A stretch of DNA of 62,328 nucleotides, counting the filler, from Choristocarpus tenellus KU-1152 (lineage: Eukaryota; Protista; Phaeophyceae): assembly GCA_964200185.2 (NCBI GenBank). It is 11 parts of 11 records of this genome, joined end to end, with 100 filler letters (N's around TTAATTAATTAA, not from the genome) between each part and the next. Parts side by side here need not be neighbours in the genome. Positions count along the whole stretch, not along the records: positions 1 to 4,414 come from CAXNAD020014670.1; positions 4,515 to 10,985 come from CAXNAD020008067.1; positions 11,086 to 22,518 come from CAXNAD020002323.1; 8 more parts are not named here. One strand, given 5' to 3'. Under the pieces are notes generated by a model. That model was given only the letters and a program-made list of their open reading frames with translations. It did not search any database and was not told where the DNA came from. The position numbers were made by a program, and so were the translations under genes. Of the stretch, positions 1-12,789 are shown in pieces. Numbering within the stretch: position 1 is the stretch's first letter; every line of letters starts with the position of its first letter.

Positions 1-66
1 CGGTCAATTTTGGGTCAAGCCCATCCTCAATGAAAAGCTCCATCCTCAATTTTTGAAATCGACTGT
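1..66. mobile_element. Terminus of a dispersed repeat (family D), probably a DNA-transposon end, abutting a family A MITE
   Basis: TTTTGGGTCAAGCCCATCCTCAATGAAAAGCTCCATCCTCAATTTTTGAAATCGACTGT recurs almost exactly at the start of contig 3 and diverged at about 22798-22857; similarity stops at ...CTGT(T) in all three. Confidence 0.7.
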
Positions 67-68
67 TA

Positions 69-196
69 AAGGTGTGTTTAGAACGTAGATATTGACACTT
101 CCTAACACACACGACAGCCAAAACTGCATCACAATAGCAACATTGGATATTGGCCCCCAAATGGACGCGGCTCTACCCTCTAAGATACTTTGGCTC
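69..196 (-). mobile_element. Family A MITE, partial (left TIR half)
   Basis: Ends in CTACCCTCTAAGATACTTTGGCTC, the reverse complement of the A left TIR; interior matches the full copies. Confidence 0.85.
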
Positions 197-497
197 ATAA
201 GGTCAGCAGATGAAGGTGTAGTTATTTTCAAAGTGAATGTACACCAAACAAATCGGACACCCCCATTTCGGAGGTCCAAGCGCACGCTTGCTGCTCGCAC
301 TGGTTAGAGCGCGAGAAGAAATACTTGCGCTACATGCCTGTAACATGCCCCTCAGCGTGAACCAGTTATACGTGTTTCACACTTACCTCAGGCGATTGTC
401 ATGGGTTAAGACGATATATATCGTCTGCCACCTCAAATATGCTGCAACAGCACGCATTTGTTGCCATTGGATGCAAAGTCAAAAGGTTTTAGAATAA

Positions 498-640
498 TTA
501 CACTCCAAATTGGTTTTACTGGGACTCCAGGTTAAAATTTGCCAGTTGTTTCCAAGACAGAGACTCCAGTTCCAAGTTAACTGGTTGTTTCCAACACAGG
601 AACTCCAGCTCCGTATTAACCAGCTGTTTGCAACAATGAT
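498..640. repeat. Degenerate ~39-bp tandem repeat, about 3 units
   Basis: ACTCCAG...GTTGTTTCCAA units; the minus strand reads LRR-like GNNQLT/GNNWQ. Confidence 0.5.
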
Positions 641-1249
641 CGACATATCCCCTTGTTCCTCTTGAAGATGAATCTCCAGAAGTCGCAAGATATAGTCAAA
701 GTTAGTTCGTGTTTGACCTAATCAAAGTATACACTCACAAATATATATATACTCGGGGTATATATATGTCTCCGACTACGCCCACAATAGATCAACAGAT
801 ATCCTTGTTCTTATTGGGATAATCTGTCGCAAAGGTCAAAGAATACCATCAGATTCAGTTTGCATCTGGCAAAGTCCAAGTAAACACTCGTTCCTCTTGA
901 AGGTCTGGTTCAAAAGTTACAAAGCATACATCCCTCCCAGTTCCAATTTCCCTAGACAACAACGTTCATGTTCTCTGGGTGAAGACCTGTTCAGGAGTCC
1001 AAATCATTAATAAATACGCGATTTGCGCGCGCAGCATGGCAACACCAATGCGAACCGTGTGCGCGAACTTCTTGATTTAAGTACGGTCCTGTATTTCTCA
1101 TGATTACGGAAAGTTGACCAACCGAGACCCATCAAATAAAGTTGAGCATTCTGATGCGATTACAACAAACACATTTTCTTGAAAAAAATTGTTGTTGATC
1201 AAAAGTAATGGGACGACAAAGTTGATGCAGGAGGCGACTACCAAAATAT

Positions 1250-1420
1250 GGTAGTGGTCCAACATAGATAGCATGTGTAGTGAAATAATAAATTTGTGTT
1301 TTTCACATTTGCGATATATTATATTTCCTTCGGGTTTATTTTGACATGTGAATAATTTTCATTGGTTTCCCTCCTATGAAACACGTGTACAAAATGCCAG
1401 AGGGGACAATAATAAATATT
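1250..1420 (+). mobile_element. 3'-UTR fragment of the CRE-like LINE
   Basis: Matches 18160-18345 (TAGTGAAATA...TTTTCATTGGTTTCCC...AAAATGCCAGAGGG plus AAT tail). Confidence 0.7.
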
Positions 1421-1439
1421 TTATTTCTATATTCACAAC

Positions 1440-3290
1440 ACCCCACAATATGTCTATGGTGGAAATCTCCTCTTTTAGACCAAGAATCGTCCATCATGCA
1501 TTCCCTAGATTTTCTTTCAATATTGTAGATGCTTAAGTTTTCTCGAAACCGTGGTGTGTGCTTCTTGATTGGACAAGCGCTCTCAAGTTCAACAGGTAAA
1601 ACGGCAAATCCACAAAGAGTCTTCTATTTGGTTCAACCCCTTAATTTGTTGTAGATCAACACGTTCAAGACTCAACACTCCATAGCAACAATATCATCAA
1701 GAGAGGAAGTGGCGACCGTATGGAAATGCTTCTACAACATCAGTAGTACCAGAAAACCCTACGATTTGGATCCACTATTGTGGTTGCCCTATCACAATTG
1801 TTTGTCAATACTTCTCGATGCCGCTTTAAATTCTACATAGGACATAGGTACATCTCACGTACTTTAGGGTTGCCCAGACTTGGTACAGTTTTGTGTGTGA
1901 GAGTATCTGACTAACTCTTACTACTGTTATCACTTCTCACTATATTCAGAATTTGAAGGGGGAAAAGTGATCTTTTTTTGTGAATTGTGTGGAGATCACT
2001 TGGGGGTGTTGTCCCAGTAACTGGAGAAGTGACAGTAAGGAGAGGTACAACAACTACTCCCATATTGTGCCAAGTTTGTGGAATAGTATAGGAGCCCTCC
2101 TGATATTTGGTGATCAATCGTTTGTGAAGTCATCTCGATTTCCCACTTATTGATGGGAGAGGAGGGGAAGAACGTATAAGTTTGGCCTCGTCATCGTGCC
2201 TGCAACAAGTACTGCACTTTTGACGGTGTTGGACAGGGTTAGTGTGTGAGGATACCTGTCATGGGAAATGGGCAGTCTTCAGAAGATTCCACCGCTCCCA
2301 AGCCAGAGCTCCGCCTTTCAAGTCTGTGTGAATACTCCTCCCCTACAGGTGCGGTCCTCGACTCACAGATATCTTGATTCGTTCGACCTTCATGCATCCC
2401 TGACCCCCTGAAAATGCACTCTCCAAATACATGTATATTTGTCCTTGATACGCACTCGAAGTCACTCCCACCCTCTTTACATTCCAGACAGAGAAGAAAG
2501 GGGAAACGTGTTCTGGTTTCAAAATGCAAGGGACACATCGGGGCTGGTCCTGGGTGGTGCGCATCGCTGGGGTTACCTTGTCTCCCGCTGTAATACGCAC
2601 GAGCACATTTTTCAAGACACAAAATTTCGTTTTTTCGTCCTGGTGGATAGATATTTGAGCTATTTTGACTCCCATGCCCAAGATGTGAGCTCCCATTGTG
2701 GTCTATGGGATGAAAATGCTTTTAGAGTTGTCTACATCGTGTGTACTGGGAATGTGATGGCCTGGTTTGCTTGTGTTTTGCCTCTCAGGCAGAGCTCTCC
2801 CTTCATTGACTTCTTTCGTACGGCTCAGCGATAGGTATTTACGATAGGTATGAACCTCGTGAGATGGGATTGACAGGATCAACTGCGACTGCATACCTTT
2901 TCGAGGCTGTTTTTCCCCTCTTCCTTGTCAAATATCTCAATCAATGTAAGAGTTGTACTCTCTTGTGGTTTGACGCCACTGACCGCAGTTCACTATGGAT
3001 ACAAGGTGCTTCCTTGAAGCCGGGTCTGTGGTTATGCTGATTCGTTGTTTTCAATATGTGCTCTTTGGACAGGCACGAATACGTGGTAGTGTGAACTTGG
3101 ATAAGGACGCCTGCCAGCTGGAACTTCTCCCCCAATCCACGACCGGTGAAGATGTGAGACAATGTTGCGTCTAACACATAGATTTATGGAAAGGAAATGA
3201 TCCATCTCGGAGATACCTGATTTAGTGAACCTGCCGTATCTTAATTGCAATTTCAATATCAACCTTGGGCAACAGATCTTGTTCATTAGC
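1440..3290 (-). mobile_element. Degenerate Ty1/Copia pol remnant (integrase then RT)
   Basis: Broken motifs in Copia order: IHSEL (integrase), HVFG, then SIRS..L, IEELFVDLP and HHGFEK resembling Copia RT; many stops and frameshifts. Confidence 0.55.
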
Positions 3291-3366
3291 TTGTTTCAAG
3301 TTCTGTGATTAAATGCTTGTGTGCTAGTCCTTTGACTTAATTAAATTAAAGTTTCGTACTTTTCAA

Positions 3367-3385
3367 GGGTTAGGGTTAGGGTTAG
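3367..3385 (+). repeat. Interstitial telomere-like (TTAGGG)n
   Basis: GGGTTAGGGTTAGGGTTAG; CCCTAA tracts also near 4171 and 49648. Confidence 0.7.
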
Positions 3386-4414
3386 CAGGCGTTTCTTGTT
3401 TTCATAGCTGTGATACACCTTATTACTTCCCCACTGGCAGAATCTCTACAGCGCTCTCACCCCTCATAAGACAGAGAATATACTGACTGTATCTATCTCT
3501 CTCGTAAACTGGGGGATGTTTCTCACCATGCTTTTGTTCTCAAACACAAGCACAATTCATCTCCCAAGTTTGCCTTCATGGTGGCCTGTCCTTGTATACA
3601 ATGATCCCCTGCTGCAGTCTTTGTGATGGCCTGTAGTCTCTGCCGATCCCTTCTCCAACTGAAACGTGTTTTCATCCTCGTGCACTAAAATCCCCCTCCT
3701 CCCCACCCCTTACCCTCACTTGCCTATCAACAATTGAAACTCTGTCCCTAGCATAAAACATAATTTAAAGCTCTTGTTATTGTCCTGCGTTTGTGTAATT
3801 TAAATTTTGTGGTAAGGTCATACTCGTTCATTTTTTTGTTTTTTTTTGTTTCATTTTGCTCAATAGGAACAGTCTTTGGAGATATCAAAGGCAGTGGAGG
3901 ACTGGTCCATGGTCATTAGCTTCTCTAGCAGTGCGGAACTTCAGGTTGGTTTTTACAAGGATTGATTTTTGGGGGGTAACCTCCGTTCCTTTTAAGGGTG
4001 AAGTAATATCTCAACTTTTACTGCTTTGCCATAAGCTGAATTTAACTTGAACTGAGGATCTCTCTTGGAGGAGGCAGTGGGATGGACTTTACGGGACATC
4101 TCTTTCCTGTGTATCCAGTAAGATTGCTACAGTACGGCTTGCTGTCTCTTTTTTTTCTTTTTTTCTTTTACCCTAAACCCTAACTAATATGTGTTAACTC
4201 AGTGTTGAAATATTTGCATTTTTATGGAGGCACATTTTGTATTTTGAATCTTAGTGCATCAGGGTGCTTACAGGTTGGGACGCACCCCCACTATCACCGT
4301 TGGGTATCTGTTCACTGATTTGGGGGGGGGGAAGGGGGGGGGGCTAGAAATGTTTTGTGTGCCATGTAGACTATGTTAGCTAATCCTTTTGCCTGGACAC
4401 AATAATTTGGAGGT

Positions 4415-4514
4415 NNNNNNNNNNNNNNNNNNNNNNNNNNNNNNNNNNNNNNNNNNNNTTAATTAATTAANNNNNNNNNNNNNNNNNNNNNNNNNNNNNN
4501 NNNNNNNNNNNNNN
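4415..4514. other. Artificial contig spacer (N44-TTAATTAATTAA-N44); also at 10986, 22519, 27354, 32956, 35877, 38995, 42762, 49303 and 57062
   Basis: Identical 100-nt linker with stops in all six frames. Confidence 0.99.
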
Positions 4515-4585
4515 CCCAAAAATCGTGACATGAAAAATTTGACCCCAAATGGACAGCTGCCACCCCCTCCCAGATACTTTGAGCC
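4515..4585 (+). mobile_element. Family C MITE, right end
   Basis: AATCGTGACATG...TGGACAGC...CCCAGATACTTTGAGCC. Confidence 0.85.
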
Positions 4586-4707
4586 TGGAACACAGGTATA
4601 GGTAGATTGGAGACACGGAAAGGCAGTAGTACAACATAGCGGTGTGAAATAACGAATATATTATTGTCTTACACATTAAAGACATTTTTATTTCCTTGGG
4701 GCTTAAA

Positions 4708-4974
4708 TGTGACGGATAGGTCCCTTTGGGAGCTGATCCCAGTCCAGATACACATCCGCGCGCACACAAGTGCATTGTGCGCATATTTCGTTGTCATCGG
4801 GGACTTTCCCGCCAATATCAAACGCAGAAAAGTTTGAGGACCCTCAGACCACTTACGGTTGAGCATTCACAAAGATGTAATATCACCCGTCGGATCTGAG
4901 ACCCCATCAAAACGTTTCCTAAGATTTGATAACCAAGGGAGCTTTGGGTTTGCTGGAAGCACCCCACCGTGACA
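4708..4974 (+). repeat. 5' LTR of the Gypsy element, followed by a putative PBS (TGGTGATTCTG)
   Basis: TGTGACGG...CCGTGACA inverted termini; the same boundary (TGTGACGG) begins the second copy at 45618. Confidence 0.75.
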
Positions 4975-5518
4975 CAACTGGTGATTCTGAACACCCCCCA
5001 CGACTGATTGGACTCTGCCTCACGACAGTGGTGCTCAAACCGACAGTCTAAAGGGTATTTCAAAAAGTTAGAAGTCCCTATCATGGCAACATCAAACAAA
5101 AATGTGGGCGAAGACAGGTACGAGTTTGAGAGGATGCAAAGGCAATACTCAACCTTCTCTAGGTAAGATCTCGTCACCTCTACCAAACCCACCTGGCACA
5201 CCCGCAATCCTTACGACTGATTTAGTTGAAGGCATACCCTGGGAGACTCACAGAAGCAAGAAAGGGAGGCGACGGAAAAACCAGGGTCTCTTTCCATTTT
5301 GATACATATCGGGGAATTGGGTTGCGGTTCTGGGTGAAATTAGAGAGGGATATGAAGTCTTGATGGATGGAAGTCATAGATGATAATGCCAGTGGGTACA
5401 AATTCAGAGACTTGATACGTTACAGCTTTTTCTTTTTTTATACCTTTCCTAGTTCATGGTGCCCTACCCAGCTGTGAACAAACCTGTGTTTGATAGGTTG
5501 TCACTCAAATAGGCTAAC

Positions 5519-5953
5519 GGGTCAAAGTATCCGACGGGGGGGTGCCAGCGTCCTATTTTCACCCTTTTTTCGATTTTCACTTTTTGGTGTGATTTGGTCG
5601 CACATGTCGGATTTGAAATGTCAGGGGAAAAAAGAGTTATTTGACCGACGGACGCCCCCTCGCAAACCACCCTCCCCCCCAGATACGAGCCAAAGTATCT
5701 TAGAGGGCAGGGCTGCGTCCATTTGGGGGTCAAAATCAAATGTTGCGATTTTGATGTAATTTTGACTATCGTATTTGTTAAGTGTCAACATCCATGTTCT
5801 GGACACACCTTTTCATATTGTATACATTTTACCTACTCGGAAGCATTTGGAATAGAAAAATGTCATAAAACAAAACATGGGGAGCCTAGCCTCAAATGGA
5901 CAAACAGGGCAAAACTCGTACCCTCTAAGATACTTTCACTCATACTTTGACCC
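5519..5953 (+). mobile_element. Family B MITE (TIR GGGTCAAAGTATC) with 4-bp TSD TAAC, containing a nested family A copy
   Basis: TAAC|GGGTCAAAG...CTTTGACCC|TAAC; the paralogous empty site near 47350 matches in length after removing one TSD. Confidence 0.9.
5687..5941 (+). mobile_element. Family A MITE, complete, 4-bp TSD ATAC
   Basis: GAGCCAAAGTATCTTAGAGGG...CCCTCTAAGATACTTTCACTC flanked by ATAC/ATAC inside the B right TIR. Confidence 0.93.
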
Positions 5954-8114
5954 TAACTAATGATGCGCACTTGAGCAATAAATGTCTCGGTCACCCTTTT
6001 CTAATATTCCATAGGTTTCCTTATCTGTAGTGAGCAATGTTCCGACAAATTTCCACTCAGATAGGCTAAGTAAAGCAAGATATGGGCAACACCTGCCTAC
6101 ACCAGATCCTTGCAATTTTTTTCTGGCATCCGTCCCAGAAGTGGACAACCAGCCAAGTTGTTTACCGAATCGGCCACCTGATGATGCATTTGAACACTGT
6201 CTCAATCACATCTTTCTTACAATTCTTTGGGCTCCCACCCTGCAGTGAAAAAAACTACGATGGTTAATCGCTCAAAATGTCCAAATTACAATCCACTGCC
6301 TCAGACTCAATTTGTTAATGCAATAACATCGTCAGCAGTGAAGCACTCTTCCAAAATTATAGGAACAGTGGGTGAAGACTTCGTAGCATCTTGATTGTGT
6401 TGCACCAAGTCAGTTTGTTATTGGCATACATTTGCAATTCCACATTACTCTAAACACCCTTGTACCTTCCAGGTTTCATCTCGTCGAGTATCGATTCCTG
6501 GCAAAATGGATGATGATTCAGTTTCACACATCACAGTTGATACTGCAACTGACATCCCGGTCATTAGCTATCATTATATGCAAGCTCATCCCACTCTTTG
6601 TTCTGCTCACATCAGTCCTTACATTAAAAATGAGCTGGGGGAAAGACCTTTGCAAGTACATGGCTTTATTCAATTTCAATCAACCTTGGGAAATAAAACA
6701 CTACCTGTTCAAGCAGTTGTTCTACCCTCCCTAGGTGTTGACAAAATAATTTTGAGCAACAGCATCATTGCTGCTTTTGGCGCGAAGTTGGATTGGGATA
6801 GAGAAGAAAACGCATATTCTGGGAGCACAGGTCGCATCTCAGCCACTCATAAAATTTCTCCTATACCCATTGTTTATCCATCAACCATAGGTCAAAATAC
6901 TGTTCAACCTTTTTCAACAACATGACAGTGGCTACAGTTTCAACTGAGTTCACCATAGCTGTACATGTAAGACAGAAAACAAATTTACCCTCGGGAACCG
7001 AAACTGATGTTTCATTGTGTTCTCAGGCCTTACTTGGATCAGCCAAAGACGCTGTAGTGGAGCCCATTGCCAGGACGAGCATGGACTTCATCAACCAGGA
7101 ACATCACCACTCTCCATGGAAAGATATCGTAGTCAGTCGGTCTATAATGTTTGGGAAGAGGATGGATCTTGCCTAGTCAAAATTGCCAACCCTTCCAATC
7201 ATGGTGTTAAGGTACCTCCTCAATTTCTTGTAGGTCATATAGCACCAGTGGACCAAATTCCACACCCTTTCTGAAGCACAGACCAGTACTATAGCGGCTA
7301 CTCCGAACACTCCAGAGGAGCTTAAACAAGCCCCGTGATATGAGCTAAGGAAGTTTTCGGTAGAAGGGCCTGGTAGATAGAGTGTTATCTGATAATGAAC
7401 AAGAAGAACTACTTGACCTTGTTGCTAAATATCGACCTTTATTTTCGCTCACTTCTGAGGAACTAGGCTGTTGCAATAAATAATACCAATGTTGGGTTTC
7501 CACTTAAACCAGGTCCAGTTCCTGTGAATAGTCCACCGTATCGGACCGCACCCAAAATACGTGAAACAATCCGTAGTCGTGTGGAGGACACGGAAAATCA
7601 GGGAATAATTCAACCCTCCTCAAGTCCTTAGGCGTCACCGGTAACCATAGTTACAAAACCTGATGGGTCTCCTGGATGCTGTGTAGAGTCTTTAGGCCCT
7701 CATTGAACAAAACGTTGGCACGTAATTTCTGGCCGTTACCATCTATGGTATATTGTTTGGTTACACTAGGGGAAGCAAAATACTTGTCGTGCCTCAAATG
7801 TTCAGTCAGCCTACTGACAAATACCCATCACCGACGCCAGCAAACGCCAAAAAACTTCCTTTGTCACACCGGATGGAAAATACGAATTCAAAAGGCTACC
7901 CTCTGGTGTTGCTAACGCATCATGGATATATCAACGCTTCATATCAGAAATATTTTCGACTCTAGGACCGAGTATGGACTTAATGATTTGTCTCGACGAT
8001 GTTGTACTAGCCTCTCCAACGTGGAACCATCATATCCAACTTCTCGAGAGCGTATTGTCGTTACTGCAGCAAATAGGAGTCACCCTCAAACCCTCTAAGG
8101 CCCACTTTGGCTCA

Positions 8115-8372
8115 GAGCCAAAGTATCTTAGAGGGTAGAGTCGCGTCCATTTGGGGGCCAAAATCCAGTTTTGCAATTTCAATGTAATTTTGACTATCGT
8201 GTTTGTTAGGAAGTGTCAACACCCTTGTCCCAAACACACCTTTTCATAACGTATACATTTTACCTACTCCGAAATATTTTGGAGTAGGAAAATGTCATAA
8301 TAACCCCGAGGGAAGCCAAGCCCCAAATGGACAAACAGAACAAAACTCGTACCCTCTAAGATACTTTCACTC
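8115..8372 (+). mobile_element. Family A MITE, complete, inserted in Gypsy RT; apparent TSD TCA
   Basis: Both TIRs present; interrupts KAHFGS...IHCLG of the RT. Confidence 0.93.
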
Positions 8373-11085
8373 TCAAATCAATTCATTGTTTGGGACGTGA
8401 AGTCAGCCCCAGTGGTATTGCTGTGTCAACAGATTAAATCCAGGCTATTGCCGCTCTTAAAGCTGTGAAGGAATTATAATTATTTCTAGGTTCCATGAAG
8501 GAAATGTATTCCCCATTTGGCTACAATAACCGAGCCCCTGGTGTCACTTATAAGGAAAAGTGCAAAAAAGTCTGGAAGGGACAAAAGTCTATCTGATTAA
8601 TGGGGACGACCACGGCAAAATTATCTTAATGAATATAAACATCTATTAACTATGGCGCCAGTGTTAAGCTTTCCAGATTTTACTCAAGGGTTCTTTATTT
8701 ACATGGACACTAGCGATGTTGGCACGGGAGGTTTCTTGGCACATAGAAATAAGGACGATACTTTCCAAATTGTAGCCTACCATAGTGTCTTTTTAAGCCA
8801 ACCCAAAGACGATATTCAGCAACTCAGAAAGAATGTCTGGCCGTCATCCTTGCCGTAACATATTGGCACCCATATATTTGGGGAAAGCACCTTACAGTTG
8901 TAAGTGATCATTTGGCACTATGTTGGTTACGTACAACGCAAGACACTTCCAATATATTGACCAGGTAGGACGTAGCCTTACAAGCTTTTGACTTCACAGT
9001 TCTACATATACCCAGACGTTTACACTACATTCCGGATACGTTATCCCGGACACGGTTAGAGGAATTTATGTTGGATGAAACACCACTTTCACTAGACCCG
9101 CTGTGCCGTAATATAGGACATAGTCGGATGTCTCCACACCCAAAGTTTACTCTGCATATGATCTATCTGTGGATATACGAGGTGATATTACCAGAGTACA
9201 AAACGATACGGAACTATTCACAAGCGCCGTTAATGTTTCTAAACAGTGGACCCTGAAGTACTATTCAAAGCTCAACAAGCTCAATATGGAGACTATTTCA
9301 AATATTTGACTAATCCAGAAAGAGCCCTCTTACCAAAAAACGAAACAATGCATACCATGTCTTACTTTTTCACACAAGAAGTAGAAGGCAACAGATGTTA
9401 TACAAATCATATCAACCCGGCCACCTTCGAAAGAACGATAAATTCCGAGATCAATTAGTGGTACCCACTGAGATACGATGTTTAATACTCCATGCCCTTC
9501 ATGATCAAAATGTCTCAGGACACCTTGCATTCAAGAACCCTATTGACCGGATTCGTTACCGGTTTTGGTGGTCCACTCTACATACATAAAGATGTTCGAG
9601 CTCGGTGCGAAACATGTCAATCATGACAAAGCCGTAAAACAACCCCTTCTAACCTATCAAACCCTCCAGGACATATGCCAGTAACACGCCTATTTCAGAG
9701 AGTGGAAATTGATTCGGTAAAGTACAAAACTCAATCAGAGAAAAATGCGTATGTCTTGTCTGCTGTCGACCATTTAACGAGGTTTGCTTTGCTCAGTGCT
9801 ATTATTCCTGACAAACGAAAGGCAACTGTAGCAAAAAAAGCATTGACAGAACGAGTGTTCTATTTTTTGCGTCCCAGAAACCTTACACTCAGACCAGGGT
9901 AAGGAGTTTGAAAATATACTGATCCTAGAACTTAAAACGATCTATGGATACAAGAAACAAAAACAACACCGCATCGACCTCAAGGCAATAGCATTCTTGA
10001 AAGAATTCACGAGAAAATGTATGGCATGCTAGCTACGTATTCCAATATGAAGCAATCGGATTGGGCGTCATTATTGTCCTTTGTGCAACTGGCTCACAAT
10101 ACGGATTATAATACCACTGTACAAGAAAGACCCTTTTATTTAATGTTTGGGAGACGTCCCGCATTACCAATCAATATCATTTTGGGAGAACCAGAGACCA
10201 TGCGTGCCTATTTCTACCCAGGAGTACAGTAAACAAACAGTGGATCATTTACAACTGGCATAAGAACTGGTTAGACAGAATATTGGTGAGATGGCTTTGC
10301 GCAACGAGTCCAAGGCCACTGAACACACCATTCCTATTTATGAAGTTGGTGTTAAGGTGTGGCTGCACAAACCCCACACTTCCGCAGACGCTCCTAACCC
10401 CAAGTTACTGTCCCCATGGAAAGGATCATATGAACTAAAAGAGAGGATAACTCCGGTAGTCTACCGAGTGAAGGCGCAGGCCGATCGTTGAGAAATCACT
10501 GTGCATATAGCACGACTTAAACCACACAAAGAGGAACCCCTTCCCGAACCAGACATTGACTCTCTTAATTCTTTATTTTTGGGCAGAATAATACCTGAAC
10601 CAGATATAGAACAAGGTTCGAGCGTTCAACCAACTTTAGGGTCATACTTTGTTGAGGGCATTGAAGATCATAAACCTGGAGTGGGTCATAAATCCCCACA
10701 TAACTATACATACCGGCATAGATTTAGAGGTTTTGCCTCAAATAGTGATGTCTGGCGGAAAGCAAAGGAAATCCTCAGTGTACCGAGATGCTTGAAGCTT
10801 ACAGATCACGACACAATCTGGTTGTTTCTCCTAACCAAAGTGTACTGACGCTTAAGTATTCAAAAGCTCCCTGTGACCAAGGTGTACCGACGCCAGAGTC
10901 TTTTCAATCTTCTCTGCCACCCTCTGCCACAATAGCCGAAGAACCATCACATTCCTCTCAAACAAACCTGGCTCAATCAATTGCCNNNNNNNNNNNNNNN
11001 NNNNNNNNNNNNNNNNNNNNNNNNNNNNNTTAATTAATTAANNNNNNNNNNNNNNNNNNNNNNNNNNNNNNNNNNNNNNNNNNNN

Positions 11086-11156
11086 TTATCCCAGTCAATT
11101 TGGGTCAAGCCCATCCTCAATGAAAAGCTCCATCCTCAATTTTTGAAATCGGCTGT
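11086..11156. mobile_element. Family D terminus
   Basis: Near identical to 1-66. Confidence 0.7.
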
Positions 11157-12789
11157 TATTGGCAGACTTGTGGGGTAAACCTACTCTCTCTCAGCAGCAA
11201 CCAGTAATAATAGCATTACAAATAGTGCTGCCTTACGAGACTTTTGTCAATTTTGGTCATTCTTTGCATTTTTTCAGATTCTTCGTTGCTACTGACTACA
11301 ACTTATGTAATAGGAAAGCAAATCAGTGTTCAAAAGTCAGCATATTGTTACGAAGGAACCGCAATCACTACCCACAAACACCCTATATGAAAAAGGCATG
11401 AAGGACAATATACTTTCTCCACGCAGTCCACGATTTCTTGCATACATACATCAACATCGAGGACACGCTTTTTTGGTGCATCGCATGCGGTTTTCCATCG
11501 CTCAGTAACTTTCTCGTATTACCAACACCACCTTGACGGGCAGCTGAGTTATGGTCAACCAGCATGCAACAACAACGAGCATAATAAGGAATGCGGAACG
11601 GGCATATCATCAACTGCAGAAGTCAGCGACTGCAGAAGCCAGCGACAGAGTGATGCATGGAGGCAAACAGTTGCAAAACTTTACATTCGGGTGTGACACA
11701 TAGCGTAGCAATATGCAATACAATTGTCTCTTTGTAAGATATTATCTCTTTTATTGAGTTTTGTGCCTACTAACAATTGGCAGATACTATCATGGGGAGA
11801 TGATAAGAAACAACATGCAAGGCTGAGAATATAACCCAATCATTTATTGGTTATAGTCTGTTTCTTCAAGTTAAATGCACCTGGTTGGACTGAAGTAGTG
11901 GCCTGAATGCTTAAGGACGAGAACGGATGGTGAGTGGACAAGAAAACGATAAGAAGCCCACATCTCGAATACATTCAAATCTAAATCTCCAAGTAAGATC
12001 CAAATAGCTTCTTCAAACAACCGTATGAACCATTGCCTTCAACAAGTCTGCATTGCTTGAAATGCATACACCTTCCAATATACCAGCAGTTGTATACTTG
12101 AAAACAAGAAACAAACTCGGTCAGTACGAGGAATCTATGCTGCTATTTCATACTATGTGAAAACAGTCGGAAATATATATATATATATGTATCAATAATG
12201 ACTCACGCAACTGAAAACTTTTTTTCTAGAGTAGTGCTCTTGTAGTTGGCCATATGGGTCATCTTGGTGTGGGGGGAGGTAGGAAGAGAGGGTAAAGTGA
12301 TCGAGGAAGGGGTTTTAGTCCATCGACCCTCATGAAAAACGACAAAACAAATATTAAACTTTTTGATGGACCTTCACTACTAATACTACTCTTTCCAGAC
12401 CAGTCACTCAGGAACAAATTGTAGGCGGGCAGCTAGTTAAACGACTACTGTGACATTTTAGCGGTTGAAAAATTTTCCAGGTGTGGTAAGAGTGATTGAG
12501 GTGTCTGGAAATAGTCAACAACCCACCAAAAAAATACACCACATTTCAATATAATGAATTCTAGTCGTCATCGCATTGACCTGAGGGATCCCAGACCGGT
12601 GCTTGAAAAAGTGCCCCAAATAAGGCAATACGCGCTGGTTGATAAAAAGGAAAAATTAGGTAGTGAAAGAAGAAAAATGAATGAGAAGAAGAGCAAAAGA
12701 GAAAAGGGAAGGAACAGGAAAGAATCTCCGGGTGGAAAATCACCACCATCCAAAAATGTCGTAAGGGAAAATGTGATGTACTCCAGAGT

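Larger units (their letters stand above)
4708..10985 (+). mobile_element. Ty3/Gypsy chromodomain-bearing LTR retrotransposon, decayed; 3' end cut by the contig break
   Basis: Protease-like VDTAT; RT PPYR, SP*ASPV..V.KPDG, CLDDV; RNase H APVLSFPDF..F.IYMDTS; integrase HHCC (LHD..VSGHL..C..C), SDQG, PQGNSILER; chromodomain YFVEGIEDH..RFRGF...DVW; many stops and frameshifts. Confidence 0.95.

Noticed and set aside
4415-4514. Repeated TTAATTAATTAA within N runs, and ORFs running into X
   Set aside because: Artificial contig linker; adjacency across it has no biological meaning.
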